Of a DNA stretch of 64,000 nt, positions 1 to 10,140 are shown piece after piece (position 1 is the first letter of the stretch; each line of letters opens with the position of its first letter). The notes beneath the pieces are model-generated. The model made no database searches. It saw only the letters and a list, made by a program, of their open reading frames with translations, and was not told the origin of the DNA. A program made the translations under genes and the position numbers. This DNA is from Candidatus Krumholzibacteriia bacterium (GTDB taxonomy: Bacteria; Krumholzibacteriota; Krumholzibacteriia; Krumholzibacteriales; Krumholzibacteriaceae), in NCBI GenBank assembly GCA_963836185.1, contig CAWIIQ010000001.1, positions 896,001 to 960,000 of the forward strand, read 5' to 3'.

Positions 1-927
1 TCTGTCATCGTCAGGGATATGCACCCCGACTACTTTACATCGAGGCTGGCCGGCGTGCTCGGAGCCGAGACGATAATCGAGGTGCAGCATCATCACGCGC
101 ACGCGGTCAGTGTCATGGCCGAATACGGACTCAGCGAACCGGTCATCGGGATCTCGTTCGATGGCACGGGGTACGGGGGCGACGGGACGTTGTGGGGCGG
201 CGAGTTCCTGCTGGCGCGTCCGCACGATTTCCGCAGGCTCGCGCATCTGAAGTATGTGCCGCTCCCTGGTGGGGAGAGGGCCGTTATGGAGCCGTGGAGG
301 ATGGCCCTGATGTACCTTCGTGAGCTCTTCGGAGAGGAAGCGATCAGCAAGGCGCCAGCCGGGCTGAAGCTCGCCGAACTCCCGGCGGAGATAATCATGG
401 ATATGGCCGGCCGCAACATCAACTCTATCCCGACCTCCAGCGCCGGAAGGCTCTTCGACGCGGTAGCCAGCCTTCTCGGGCTCGGCCTGAAGGTGAGCTA
501 TGAGGCTCAGGCCGCTATCGCTCTCGAAAGCCTCGCTCTCGAGGCGGGGCCGGGTGAGACGAAGTACAGGTTCGGTCACGGAGAGAACCATCCGATGGAG
601 ATAGATGCATCTCCGGTGATAGCGGGGATACTCGATGATATCAGCGGCGGGATCGAGCCCGCAGTCATCGCGGCGGCTTTCCACGAGAGCACTGCGGCTA
701 TGATAGTCGATACGGCAGTAAGGCTTGCCGGCCTCAACGGATGCTCGACAGCCGTCATATCGGGAGGCGTCTTCCAGAACAGGCTCCTGTGCGAGAGGGT
801 CATCGAACACTCTTCCGGCACGGGGATCGAATTTCTCATGCACAGGACCGTCCCTCCGAACGATGGAGGGGTCTCGCTCGGGCAGGTGCAGATTGCCGCT
901 GCCAGGATCGCGCGAGGTGCGCTATAA
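1..927 (+). CDS. hypF: Carbamoyltransferase HypF, C-terminal part (5' truncated by the window)
   Basis: HPDY, QHHHAH, DGTGYG, WGGE, SSAGRLFDA, SGGVFQN and PNDGGVSLGQ motifs. Confidence 0.95.
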   Translation, partial: SVIVRDMHPDYFTSRLAGVLGAETIIEVQHHHAHAVSVMAEYGLSEPVIGISFDGTGYGGDGTLWGGEFLLARPHDFRRLAHLKYVPLPGGERAVMEPWRMALMYLRELFGEEAISKAPAGLKLAELPAEIIMDMAGRNINSIPTSSAGRLFDAVASLLGLGLKVSYEAQAAIALESLALEAGPGETKYRFGHGENHPMEIDASPVIAGILDDISGGIEPAVIAAAFHESTAAMIVDTAVRLAGLNGCSTAVISGGVFQNRLLCERVIEHSSGTGIEFLMHRTVPPNDGGVSLGQVQIAAARIARGAL

Positions 928-958
928 TGCGCCAGGCAGTGAAAGGGGAATCGCGGGA

Positions 959-1972
959 ATGAGAAAGCTCGAGGATGACAAGATACTCCTCGCCCACGGC
1001 GGCGGCGGAATAATGATGAAGGAGCTCGTCTCTTTTCTCATAGATGCTGTAGGGGGCCAGAAGGGCGCACTGCAGGACAGCGCCGTATTCGACGCTCCCG
1101 CAGGCCGGATAGCGTTTACTACCGACTCGTTCGTGGTCCACCCGCTTTTTTTCCCCGGGGGTGACATCGGCCACCTCGCCGTCTGCGGAACGGTCAATGA
1201 TCTCGCCGTATGCGGAGCGGTCCCGAAGTTTATCTCGCTCGCGATGATCATAGAAGAGGGTTTTCCAACAGTCGACCTCGAGAGGATCGCCGTATCGATA
1301 AGGGCTGCCGCCGAAGAGGCGGGAGTAACCGTAGTCACGGGCGATACGAAGGTCGTCGACCGGGGGAAGGCAGACGGCATCTTCATAAATACGGCGGGGA
1401 TAGGTATCGTGCCCGAGGGCATCTCCCTCTCGTCCGATTCGGCGGTCGCAGGGGACAGGGTCATTGTAAGCGGCAATATAGGCGATCACGGCCTTGCCAT
1501 ACTGAGTATGCGCGAGGGGATCGATTTCGGGAGCGATCTCGAAAGTGACGCGGCGCCTCTTTCAAAACTCACCGTGCCTCTTCTCGGGAAGTTCGCCGGT
1601 ATCCGGGCGATGCGTGACGCTACACGGGGAGGCCTTGCGGCCGTACTCAACGAGATCGCCGTAGATTCGAACGTATGTGTCCATATCGAAGAAGAACTGG
1701 TGCCGGTCTCCGGATCGGTGAGAAACGGCTGCGAACTGATGGGGTACGATCCGCTTAACATCGCGAACGAGGGGAAGCTCGTTGCTGTCGTCGACCCCGC
1801 CGAGGCGGACGCGGTGCTCTCCGCGATGCGCTCCACCGAACTGGGGGAGAACGCCGCTATAATCGGAAGTGTGACCGCCGGTCCCGAGGGGCGTGTGATC
1901 ATGAAGACGTCGTTCGGCGGAGAGAGGGTCGTCGACCTGCCTTACGGGGACCTCCTGCCCCGTATTTGCTGA
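959..1972 (+). CDS. hypE: Hydrogenase maturation protein HypE
   Basis: LAHGGGG, TTDSFVV, GTVNDLA, TGDTKVV, RDATRGG and C-terminal LPRIC; ATG at 959 chosen over the ORF-track start. Confidence 0.95.
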   Translation: MRKLEDDKILLAHGGGGIMMKELVSFLIDAVGGQKGALQDSAVFDAPAGRIAFTTDSFVVHPLFFPGGDIGHLAVCGTVNDLAVCGAVPKFISLAMIIEEGFPTVDLERIAVSIRAAAEEAGVTVVTGDTKVVDRGKADGIFINTAGIGIVPEGISLSSDSAVAGDRVIVSGNIGDHGLAILSMREGIDFGSDLESDAAPLSKLTVPLLGKFAGIRAMRDATRGGLAAVLNEIAVDSNVCVHIEEELVPVSGSVRNGCELMGYDPLNIANEGKLVAVVDPAEADAVLSAMRSTELGENAAIIGSVTAGPEGRVIMKTSFGGERVVDLPYGDLLPRIC

Positions 1973-2025
1973 TCTGGCCGTACATTGTTGCTGAAATCCC
2001 GCAAAAGGTATATCTTGTCAGTACA

Positions 2026-2907
2026 ATGATCGATTATCACATGCACGGCAATTTCTGCGGTCACGCCGAGGGCGAGCTGGAAGAGTATGTCCTCGAGGCT
2101 CTCGGGAAAGGGTTTGTCGAGATAGGCTTCTCCGCCCATCTCCCGAAGGTCGTAGATCCCGATCCATATCACGCCATGCTCGAGAACCGGCTGCCCGATT
2201 ATGTGGGCCTGATCGAGCATCTCCAGATGAAATACCGCGGGAGCATCAATATCAAGGTCGGGATAGAGGCCGATTACTTTCCCGGCCTCGAGGACAAGAC
2301 GAGGGAGCTGCTTTCTAAATACCCCTTTGACTACGTCCTCGGATCGCTGCACTTCCTCGGGGACTGGCACTTCAGCAGCAAGGCGGGACGGCACCGGTAC
2401 GATTCCGAGGACCCGGATGAAGCATTCCCGAGATACTTCGAGCTGCTCGCCGACATGATCCGCAGCGGGCTCTTCGACGTCCTGGCCCATGCCGATGCGC
2501 TTCGAAAGACGACCTTTGAGCCGGGGCCGGGTTCAAGCGAGGATTACAGGCGGCTCGCCGGCCTGCTTGCCAGGCACGGCATGGCGATCGAGGTGAATAC
2601 CGCCGGCCTGCGCAGGGGAGCCGGTTCGATATATCCCGACAGGCTCTTTCTCGAGGCATGTGGAGCGGTAAACGTTCCCGTCACTCTCGGTTCCGACGCC
2701 CACACTCCGGCCGACGTGGGCCGGGACTTCAGGCATGCCTTCAGGCTCCTCGAGGAGGCGGGCATCGAGGATCTGGCGATGTTCGAGGGGCGGAAGATGG
2801 AGCGCAGACCCCTTTCCGAGTTCCAGTCCAGGCCGGCGAGCAGCCGGTTGTACGAGCTGCTGTCGGGCGAAGGCGGGCCCGGAAGGAGCGGGGCGTCTGG
2901 AACCTGA
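2026..2907 (+). CDS. PHP-family histidinol-phosphatase (HisJ family)
   Basis: DYHMH..CGHA, GIEADY, GSLH, AHAD, EVNTAG and LGSDAH motifs. Confidence 0.85.
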   Translation: MIDYHMHGNFCGHAEGELEEYVLEALGKGFVEIGFSAHLPKVVDPDPYHAMLENRLPDYVGLIEHLQMKYRGSINIKVGIEADYFPGLEDKTRELLSKYPFDYVLGSLHFLGDWHFSSKAGRHRYDSEDPDEAFPRYFELLADMIRSGLFDVLAHADALRKTTFEPGPGSSEDYRRLAGLLARHGMAIEVNTAGLRRGAGSIYPDRLFLEACGAVNVPVTLGSDAHTPADVGRDFRHAFRLLEEAGIEDLAMFEGRKMERRPLSEFQSRPASSRLYELLSGEGGPGRSGASGT

Positions 2908-2913
2908 AGAATC

Positions 2914-2942
2914 TTGACACTCCATCTGCCAGAGGGTATGTT
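2914..2942 (+). promoter_or_regulatory. sigma70-type promoter for guaB
   Basis: TTGACA-N17-TATGTT. Confidence 0.6.
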
Positions 2943-3040
2943 CCTGTCAATACAGGACCTTCATATATAAATATACGGGCTGACAGGCGATACAAGGTTC
3001 GAGAGGAGGAAGAGGGAGCGGCATCGCTCCTTCGGCGTAA

Positions 3041-4507
<1,467 letters not shown>

Positions 4508-4535
4508 TATCGATAAAAGTGCACCGGGGGCACCA

Positions 4536-5237
4536 TTGAACGCGCCACTTCAGTCAGACAGATATTTCGAGATGCTCGAGACAGCGGCGAGGCACAGAGG
4601 GATCGACCTTTTCGGCACCGCTCTGATAGACAAAGAGCAGAGACTCCGGTTCCATGAATCGATCGTCGAGATCGCGAAATCTCTTCCATACGCGGTCTCG
4701 ATGGGGATGAGGCTCTCATACCCGGTGCTGCAGACTGTTCTGACCGCTCCCACATGGACATACAATTACCATTACAGACAGATCAACATCGCCCTGGACC
4801 AGACGGCGCTGTTTATCGCCGGGGAGATCCAGAGGGCGGGATTCTCGGCCCTTCCGATTCCCGCCTCGCAGATACTGGACTGGGAAAAACTGAGGGCCCA
4901 TCTCTCGCACCGGGAGATCGCCGGGCTGGCGGGCCTGGGCTGGATGGGGCGCAACAACCTGCTTGTCACCCCGCGTTTCGGCTCTCAGGTGAGGCTTGTA
5001 ACGATCCTTACCGACATGGAACTTCCGGCCCGGAGCGGGGATGATGCAGGTGGGGATTGCGGAACATGCCGGGCATGCGTTAAGATGTGTCCGGTCGAGG
5101 CGATCGATGACGATCCGGAAAATTTCAACCTCGACAGCTGCGCCGCCCAGTTGAGGCGCTTCTCGAAATCAGAGAAGATCAATACGATGATATGCGGCCT
5201 GTGCATCAAAGTCTGCCGCGGACGGAAAGACGGATAA
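4536..5237 (+). CDS. Epoxyqueuosine reductase-like / reductive dehalogenase-like 4Fe-4S protein
   Basis: LSHR..A.LAGLGWMGRNNLL..P.FGS.VRL, CGTCRACVKMCP, CGLCIKVC. Confidence 0.75.
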   Translation: MNAPLQSDRYFEMLETAARHRGIDLFGTALIDKEQRLRFHESIVEIAKSLPYAVSMGMRLSYPVLQTVLTAPTWTYNYHYRQINIALDQTALFIAGEIQRAGFSALPIPASQILDWEKLRAHLSHREIAGLAGLGWMGRNNLLVTPRFGSQVRLVTILTDMELPARSGDDAGGDCGTCRACVKMCPVEAIDDDPENFNLDSCAAQLRRFSKSEKINTMICGLCIKVCRGRKDG

Positions 5238-6142
5238 TGGCAAAGACGCTCGAGAGGATAAACCAGGCGGTGTGGGAGCTCAAAGAGCAGGTACGCCTCA
5301 ATCCTGAGATATACGATTACAGGAAGGACATGCTCGACTTCTGGACCGACAGCAGGATCTTCACCGAGAGGCGCGAAGGGGTGCCGGAGCCGCAGAGAAG
5401 TTTCCTGATGATGCAGAAAAAGGAGTCGGTGGGCGTCCTTCTCATCCATGGCGCGGGAGGTTCTCCAGAGGAGATGCGCCCGATGGCCGAGTATCTTTTC
5501 AGGCAGGGATTCACCGTGCTGGGCATAAGGCTTCCCCTCGACCCGAACTACTCTGACACAGGATTCGTGGAGTATACCAGGGCCATCTTCAGCAAGAGCG
5601 GAGGGAAGCGGGGCAACGGCCGCGGAGTCAACGGAAACGGATCCTGGAGCGCATGCCTGGCGCAGGCGGAAGTCGCTCTCGATACTCTTCTTGCCTACTC
5701 TCCCGATTCGTACGTGGCGGGATTCAGCTTCGGCGGGACGTTAGCGCTGAATCTCATGCAGAAGTTTCCCGTCAAGGGGACGATCCTCTTGTCTCCGGGT
5801 CTCTTTCCGATGAGCGGGACTCGTTTCGCCATGTTCTGGACCGCCCGGCGGTTCATGCCGGGGCTGACGAAGAAGGCCATGCCGGTCCGCTGCATGATGC
5901 TCGATATGATCGAGAGGACCCGTTCGAACATCGGGTCGGGGCCTATCGATAACCCGATCCTCGTGATACAGGCTGCCGACGATCCGGTCATCTCCGCCAG
6001 GGGATACCAGTTCCTTCAGAAGAGGTCGTCGAGTCCGAGGTCGAAGTTCATCCTTCTTTCAGGTGGAGGCCACGTCATAATCGGAGGCGAAGGCGCCGCT
6101 AAGGTCTTCGGCTATTGCGGAGATTTTATCAAGGGCATCTAG
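5237..6142 (+). CDS. Alpha/beta hydrolase (carboxylesterase-like) with N-terminal extension
   Basis: LLIHG, GFSFGG nucleophile elbow, DDPVI and GHV; start overlaps the upstream stop (TAATG). Confidence 0.8.
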   Translation: MAKTLERINQAVWELKEQVRLNPEIYDYRKDMLDFWTDSRIFTERREGVPEPQRSFLMMQKKESVGVLLIHGAGGSPEEMRPMAEYLFRQGFTVLGIRLPLDPNYSDTGFVEYTRAIFSKSGGKRGNGRGVNGNGSWSACLAQAEVALDTLLAYSPDSYVAGFSFGGTLALNLMQKFPVKGTILLSPGLFPMSGTRFAMFWTARRFMPGLTKKAMPVRCMMLDMIERTRSNIGSGPIDNPILVIQAADDPVISARGYQFLQKRSSSPRSKFILLSGGGHVIIGGEGAAKVFGYCGDFIKGI

Positions 6143-6918
6143 CGGATATCGGCGGCGATCGGATCGAAAGAGAAAGATGGATCGGATTTTTTCAACTCCA
6201 TGGCAGCTGACCTGAGCTTTTTCCTCTCCTCATGCCCTCCCGATCTGCGGTATGCGTTCCATGCGTCGAGAAAGCCGTCGTAAAGGGCCGCGACCTCATT
6301 TTTCCTGTCCTCATCCATAACGTTTCGCTCGAGATGGAACATCTCGCCATCACTGATACGCGGGATCATGTTGAGGCAGGATGACCTCATCGATGAGATG
6401 ATACCTACATATTGCTCGAATCCGCGGGAGAGCTTTTCCATCACATCGCCGATCGCTGTCGGCCGTCTGAATGTCTCTGCCGCCGAGGCCCAGGCGAGCC
6501 TGTAGTATGCAGCCCCCCGGCCGATCCACACCTCCCTTGTCCGGGCCATGTGTGAGGCTGACCCCGGCCTGCGTCCCTCCGGATTATCGAAGACTCCAAG
6601 CCTGAGAAGCAGATCGTCGGCGTTGGCCCGGTAGATAGTGAACCGCTTGCGCGGGTCCATCTCCCGGCTCATGGTCTCGAATAGGGGGATGTCGTATCTG
6701 ACTATCGCCGCGGATGTCGAGTCTGCACGGCGGCCGTAGATATTTGATGTGAGAAGCCCGGCGAGGTAGACATTGACGTCCTCATCGAAGAATTCATCGT
6801 TTGAGGGGAAATCGCTCTCTTTCCTGCACTCAAGCAGGTTGTCGATCATGTAGAAATAGGCGGGAGAAGGACTTGTTCCTCCGCTTCCTACCGGCCTCCA
6901 GGCTGTTGAAGACTCCAT
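6139..6918 (-). CDS. Hypothetical protein
   Basis: Long ORF; GGAGAGG RBS before ATG 6918; sigma54-like promoter upstream; no recognised domain. Confidence 0.75.
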   Translation of the reverse strand: MESSTAWRPVGSGGTSPSPAYFYMIDNLLECRKESDFPSNDEFFDEDVNVYLAGLLTSNIYGRRADSTSAAIVRYDIPLFETMSREMDPRKRFTIYRANADDLLLRLGVFDNPEGRRPGSASHMARTREVWIGRGAAYYRLAWASAAETFRRPTAIGDVMEKLSRGFEQYVGIISSMRSSCLNMIPRISDGEMFHLERNVMDEDRKNEVAALYDGFLDAWNAYRRSGGHEERKKLRSAAMELKKSDPSFSFDPIAADIR

Positions 6919-6971
6919 GATGCCTCTCCGTTGCTTTTTTGACGTTGTCATCCGGCGCAGGAGGGCGAAAT

Positions 6972-6987
6972 TGCAAGGTCTATGCCA
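6972..6987 (-). promoter_or_regulatory. sigma54 (-24/-12) promoter
   Basis: Minus strand TGGCAT-AGACC-TTGCA matches TGGCAC-N5-TTGC spacing. Confidence 0.65.
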
Positions 6988-7111
6988 TGGAAAATTCAGA
7001 TAAATCTTATAAGAGGAAAAACTGTTTATTTTTCAGGGGAGACTCTGATATACTGCCTCGAAAGTGTGATTTCGGCTCTTTCCATCGTACCCATCCTTCC
7101 AGGGGGAGCAA

Positions 7112-7921
7112 ATGAGAGTAGGATTCCTTCAGCTCCGCGTCAAGTTTGGGGAAGTCAAAAAGAACGTAAAGAAAGCAGTTACCCTGCTTGGAAAGGTTGA
7201 GGACGCGACCATCGTCCTGCCCGAGCTGTTCAACACGGGTTACCTTTTCAAGAATCAGAGGGAACTGAACTCGCTGGCCGAACCTGTCCTGAAGGGTTAT
7301 ACGGTCTCCGAGATGAAGAAGGTCGCGAAAAAGCGCAATCTGCACCTGATATTCGGGATGGCCGAGAAAAAGGCCAGGTCCATCTACAATTCCGCCGTTT
7401 TCATCTCGCCTAAGGGCAAGGTCGAGGTCTATCAGAAGGTGCACCTGTTCGACCGTGAGAAGCTCTTCTTCACGCCGGGGAAGGCTCTCAAGACGGTCAG
7501 CACACCTGAGGCAAAGATCGGCGTAATGGTCTGTTTTGACTGGATCATGCCCGAGGTCGCCCGCTCGCTCGCTCTCAAGGGAGCCGGGATCATCGCTCAC
7601 CCGGCGAACCTCGTGCTGCCGTGGGGGCAGGAGGCGATGAAGCTCAGGTGTATCGAGAACAGGGTCTTCGGAATAACAGCCAACAGGATAGGCACCGAAA
7701 GGCGCGGCACGCTCAACCTTACATTCACGGGCGGGAGCCAGATAATCAGCCCCGCGGGTGAAGTGCTCGTCTTCGCTGGTGACCGAAGTGAATCGCTCAA
7801 GGTGATCGATATAGATGTCGCCGAGGCCGAAGATAAGCACGTTACTCCAGCGAACGATATATTCGCTGACAGGTTCCCCGGCCTTTATTCGCAGATCACG
7901 TCGAAAGCGAAGAGAAAATAG
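7112..7921 (+). CDS. Carbon-nitrogen hydrolase (nitrilase superfamily)
   Basis: LPELF, YQKVHLF, VCFDW: Glu-Lys-Cys triad. Confidence 0.9.
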   Translation: MRVGFLQLRVKFGEVKKNVKKAVTLLGKVEDATIVLPELFNTGYLFKNQRELNSLAEPVLKGYTVSEMKKVAKKRNLHLIFGMAEKKARSIYNSAVFISPKGKVEVYQKVHLFDREKLFFTPGKALKTVSTPEAKIGVMVCFDWIMPEVARSLALKGAGIIAHPANLVLPWGQEAMKLRCIENRVFGITANRIGTERRGTLNLTFTGGSQIISPAGEVLVFAGDRSESLKVIDIDVAEAEDKHVTPANDIFADRFPGLYSQITSKAKRK

Positions 7922-8052
7922 CCTGAGCGCTCTTCCGCGCTTTCTTGCAAATCGCACTCTAAACGGGCAAATCGGTCCTCTCCGTCCTTTGCACGCCCTT
8001 TCTATTCCCAGTTATTTCCAGTAAATACGCCGGATTTCCGTAATCCAAGCAT

Positions 8053-8067
8053 TGGCATAATCTTTGC
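8053..8067 (+). promoter_or_regulatory. sigma54 (-24/-12) promoter
   Basis: TGGCAT-AATCT-TTGC, about 95 nt upstream of the GTG at 8162. Confidence 0.65.
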
Positions 8068-8161
8068 GGATTCGGCGAGGGAACGGAAACGACTTTGAGA
8101 ACGACTGCGCTCAATGCGGGAGTCGGACAGCCAGTTTTTTATCTGTGCGAAGGAGATAGAA

Positions 8162-10135
8162 GTGGGAAAGCGAAAGCGAAACAGGAAACCCGTGCTTACC
8201 TCTCCGTGGAAGATCGGTACCCTGGTGGCGCTCATGCTCACCGTGACCAGTTTCGGTGTCGGTTATTACATGGTCAAAATGTACAACATCGAACTCTACT
8301 GGCTCAGCTCGGATGTCAGCAAATGGGTCGTCGACTCTTATGAGTTCTTCAGGGAGATCTATCCGGCAGCGGCCGGAGTAGTGCTTCTCGCACTCTTTAC
8401 CTACTTCGTCATCGCTTCCGCTGTGCGCAGATACAAGTACTACCTCAATTCCGGACAGGACTACCGGAAGATGATCTCTCTGGCTGACAGCGTAGACGAT
8501 CTGACCAATCCGGCACAGATAGCGAGGCTTTCCGAGTACCCGGAGCTTCAGGATGTCCTCAGAAACTACGGGGACCAGATCCGCGAGATCTCGGAGAGTA
8601 TGGAGGTCCGTGAGGAAGAGATAAGGTCGGTCGATCTCGAGGTCGAGATCGATTCGATACTGGGCGGCAGAGGGATCAACGAGACGCTTGTCGAAGGCAA
8701 GTGGTGGGCCCCGGTCGCGAAAAAGGTCGAAGCGTATGTCGAAGAGAACTCGGGCGGTACGGAAGAGCTGAAAAGACAGTCGGAGGCTGCCAGGCACGCC
8801 GCCGGCAGAGCTTCCCTTTCCTGCGGCAAGGTGATCGAGACCGCATCGGGCGCGAGCGAAGACATACTCGATATAGTCAGTTCAGTCGAGCTGCTCAATG
8901 CAGCCTCTGATGCGCTCGGTTCGGGCGGATCCGGCGATGGAGCCGATGCCGGTTCAGCCTCGGATGCGATCACGGCGATAGAGAATGCAGCCGCCACACT
9001 GGAAGAGAGGGGCGCGGCGATACACGAGCTCACCGAGGAAAGCAACGGCCTCGCTCTGAATATGGCGCTGATGGCTGCCAGGGGCGATGCAAACGAGAAG
9101 GATCTGGCGCAGCTGGCTGAGAAGGTCAGGTCATCGGCAGAGAGATTCGGCAAGCTCGGCAGAGAACTCGAGAGTCTGGCGAGGACCATTGCCGACAACA
9201 GCAGAAACGCAAAATCAACGGCAGGTGACACGTCTGTCGCCGCTGTTTCCCCCGATGCCTGTCGTGGTATCCAGGAGATATCTGAAAAGATCGAAACACG
9301 AAGCAGGGCCCTTCAGCAGAAGATGGCGGACCTTGGCAACGACATAGATGAGATAAACAGGGCACTTAATTCGGGACCGGAAGAGGCCCCGGAAGACCGT
9401 ATTCGCGCTTCGGACGGTTCGATCGTGAATTTCGGCTCCGATGCAGAAGATTCGGACGAGAAGCAGGTCGAGATCGATGAATCCGAACTCGTTATCGATC
9501 ATGGAAAGATCTGGGATGACTCAGAAGAGGTTTCCGCGGAGGCTGAAGAAGAGAGCGATGACAGCGGGGACCTGCTCATATCGGGATTCCAGGAGGCGAT
9601 GGGCGCCATGCAGACCGATTCCGGGCAGCCGGAGGAGGCCGACGTTACAGAGGATGAGCCTGAAGTAGAAGAGGTCCTGCAGTCAGAAGAAGAGATTTTC
9701 ATGCAGGCGGAAGAGGCTCCTGAAGAGGCCCCTGAAGAGATCCACGAAGAGATACATGAAGAGATAGTCGAAGAAACTGCCGAAGAGATCATCGAAGAAA
9801 CTGCCGAAGAGATCGTCGATGAAGTGATAGAAGAAATCGTGGAGGAAGCACAGGCTGAAGAGCCGGTCGATGTGGTGGATGAGTTGTTTGAGAGTGCCCC
9901 GGCAGTTGAAGAAAACTGGGATGACATGCAGGCGGAGGCGGCACCTGAAGCGGAGATCGCTCCGGTCGATGAAAAGCCTGTAGTCGAGCCCGAGATAGTC
10001 ATGGAGCCACAGGCTCATGAACCGGCGGCCGTCGCGAAGGATGAGGTCGTGCCTGAGGTCGATGAAGAGCCTGTATACGACCTGTTTGAACTCGGAGCAG
10101 TCGAGTACGTGAATGAGACAGAAGTAAATCTGTGA
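8162..10135 (+). CDS. Divergent methyl-accepting chemotaxis-like protein (two TM helices, signalling hairpin, long acidic tail)
   Basis: Two N-terminal hydrophobic helices; TEESNGLALNMALMAARG resembles the MCP tip (QTNLLALNAAIEAARAG); AAGGAG RBS before GTG 8162. Confidence 0.75.
   Translation: MGKRKRNRKPVLTSPWKIGTLVALMLTVTSFGVGYYMVKMYNIELYWLSSDVSKWVVDSYEFFREIYPAAAGVVLLALFTYFVIASAVRRYKYYLNSGQDYRKMISLADSVDDLTNPAQIARLSEYPELQDVLRNYGDQIREISESMEVREEEIRSVDLEVEIDSILGGRGINETLVEGKWWAPVAKKVEAYVEENSGGTEELKRQSEAARHAAGRASLSCGKVIETASGASEDILDIVSSVELLNAASDALGSGGSGDGADAGSASDAITAIENAAATLEERGAAIHELTEESNGLALNMALMAARGDANEKDLAQLAEKVRSSAERFGKLGRELESLARTIADNSRNAKSTAGDTSVAAVSPDACRGIQEISEKIETRSRALQQKMADLGNDIDEINRALNSGPEEAPEDRIRASDGSIVNFGSDAEDSDEKQVEIDESELVIDHGKIWDDSEEVSAEAEEESDDSGDLLISGFQEAMGAMQTDSGQPEEADVTEDEPEVEEVLQSEEEIFMQAEEAPEEAPEEIHEEIHEEIVEETAEEIIEETAEEIVDEVIEEIVEEAQAEEPVDVVDELFESAPAVEENWDDMQAEAAPEAEIAPVDEKPVVEPEIVMEPQAHEPAAVAKDEVVPEVDEEPVYDLFELGAVEYVNETEVNL
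9709..9850 (+). repeat. 12-nt degenerate tandem repeats encoding EEAP/EEIH/EEIV/EETA units
   Basis: gaagaggctcct gaagaggcccct gaagagatccac gaagagatacat gaagagatagtc... Confidence 0.8.
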
Positions 10136-10140
10136 GGTGA

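Noticed and set aside
1970-1972. UGA directly after the terminal Cys of HypE as possible read-through
   Set aside because: HypE needs a free C-terminal Cys (PRIC), and no comparable hairpin was seen at +16/+17
2949-3000. Purine riboswitch upstream of guaB
   Set aside because: Lacks the UAUGG/CCGUAAA loops and the UUUCUACC junction
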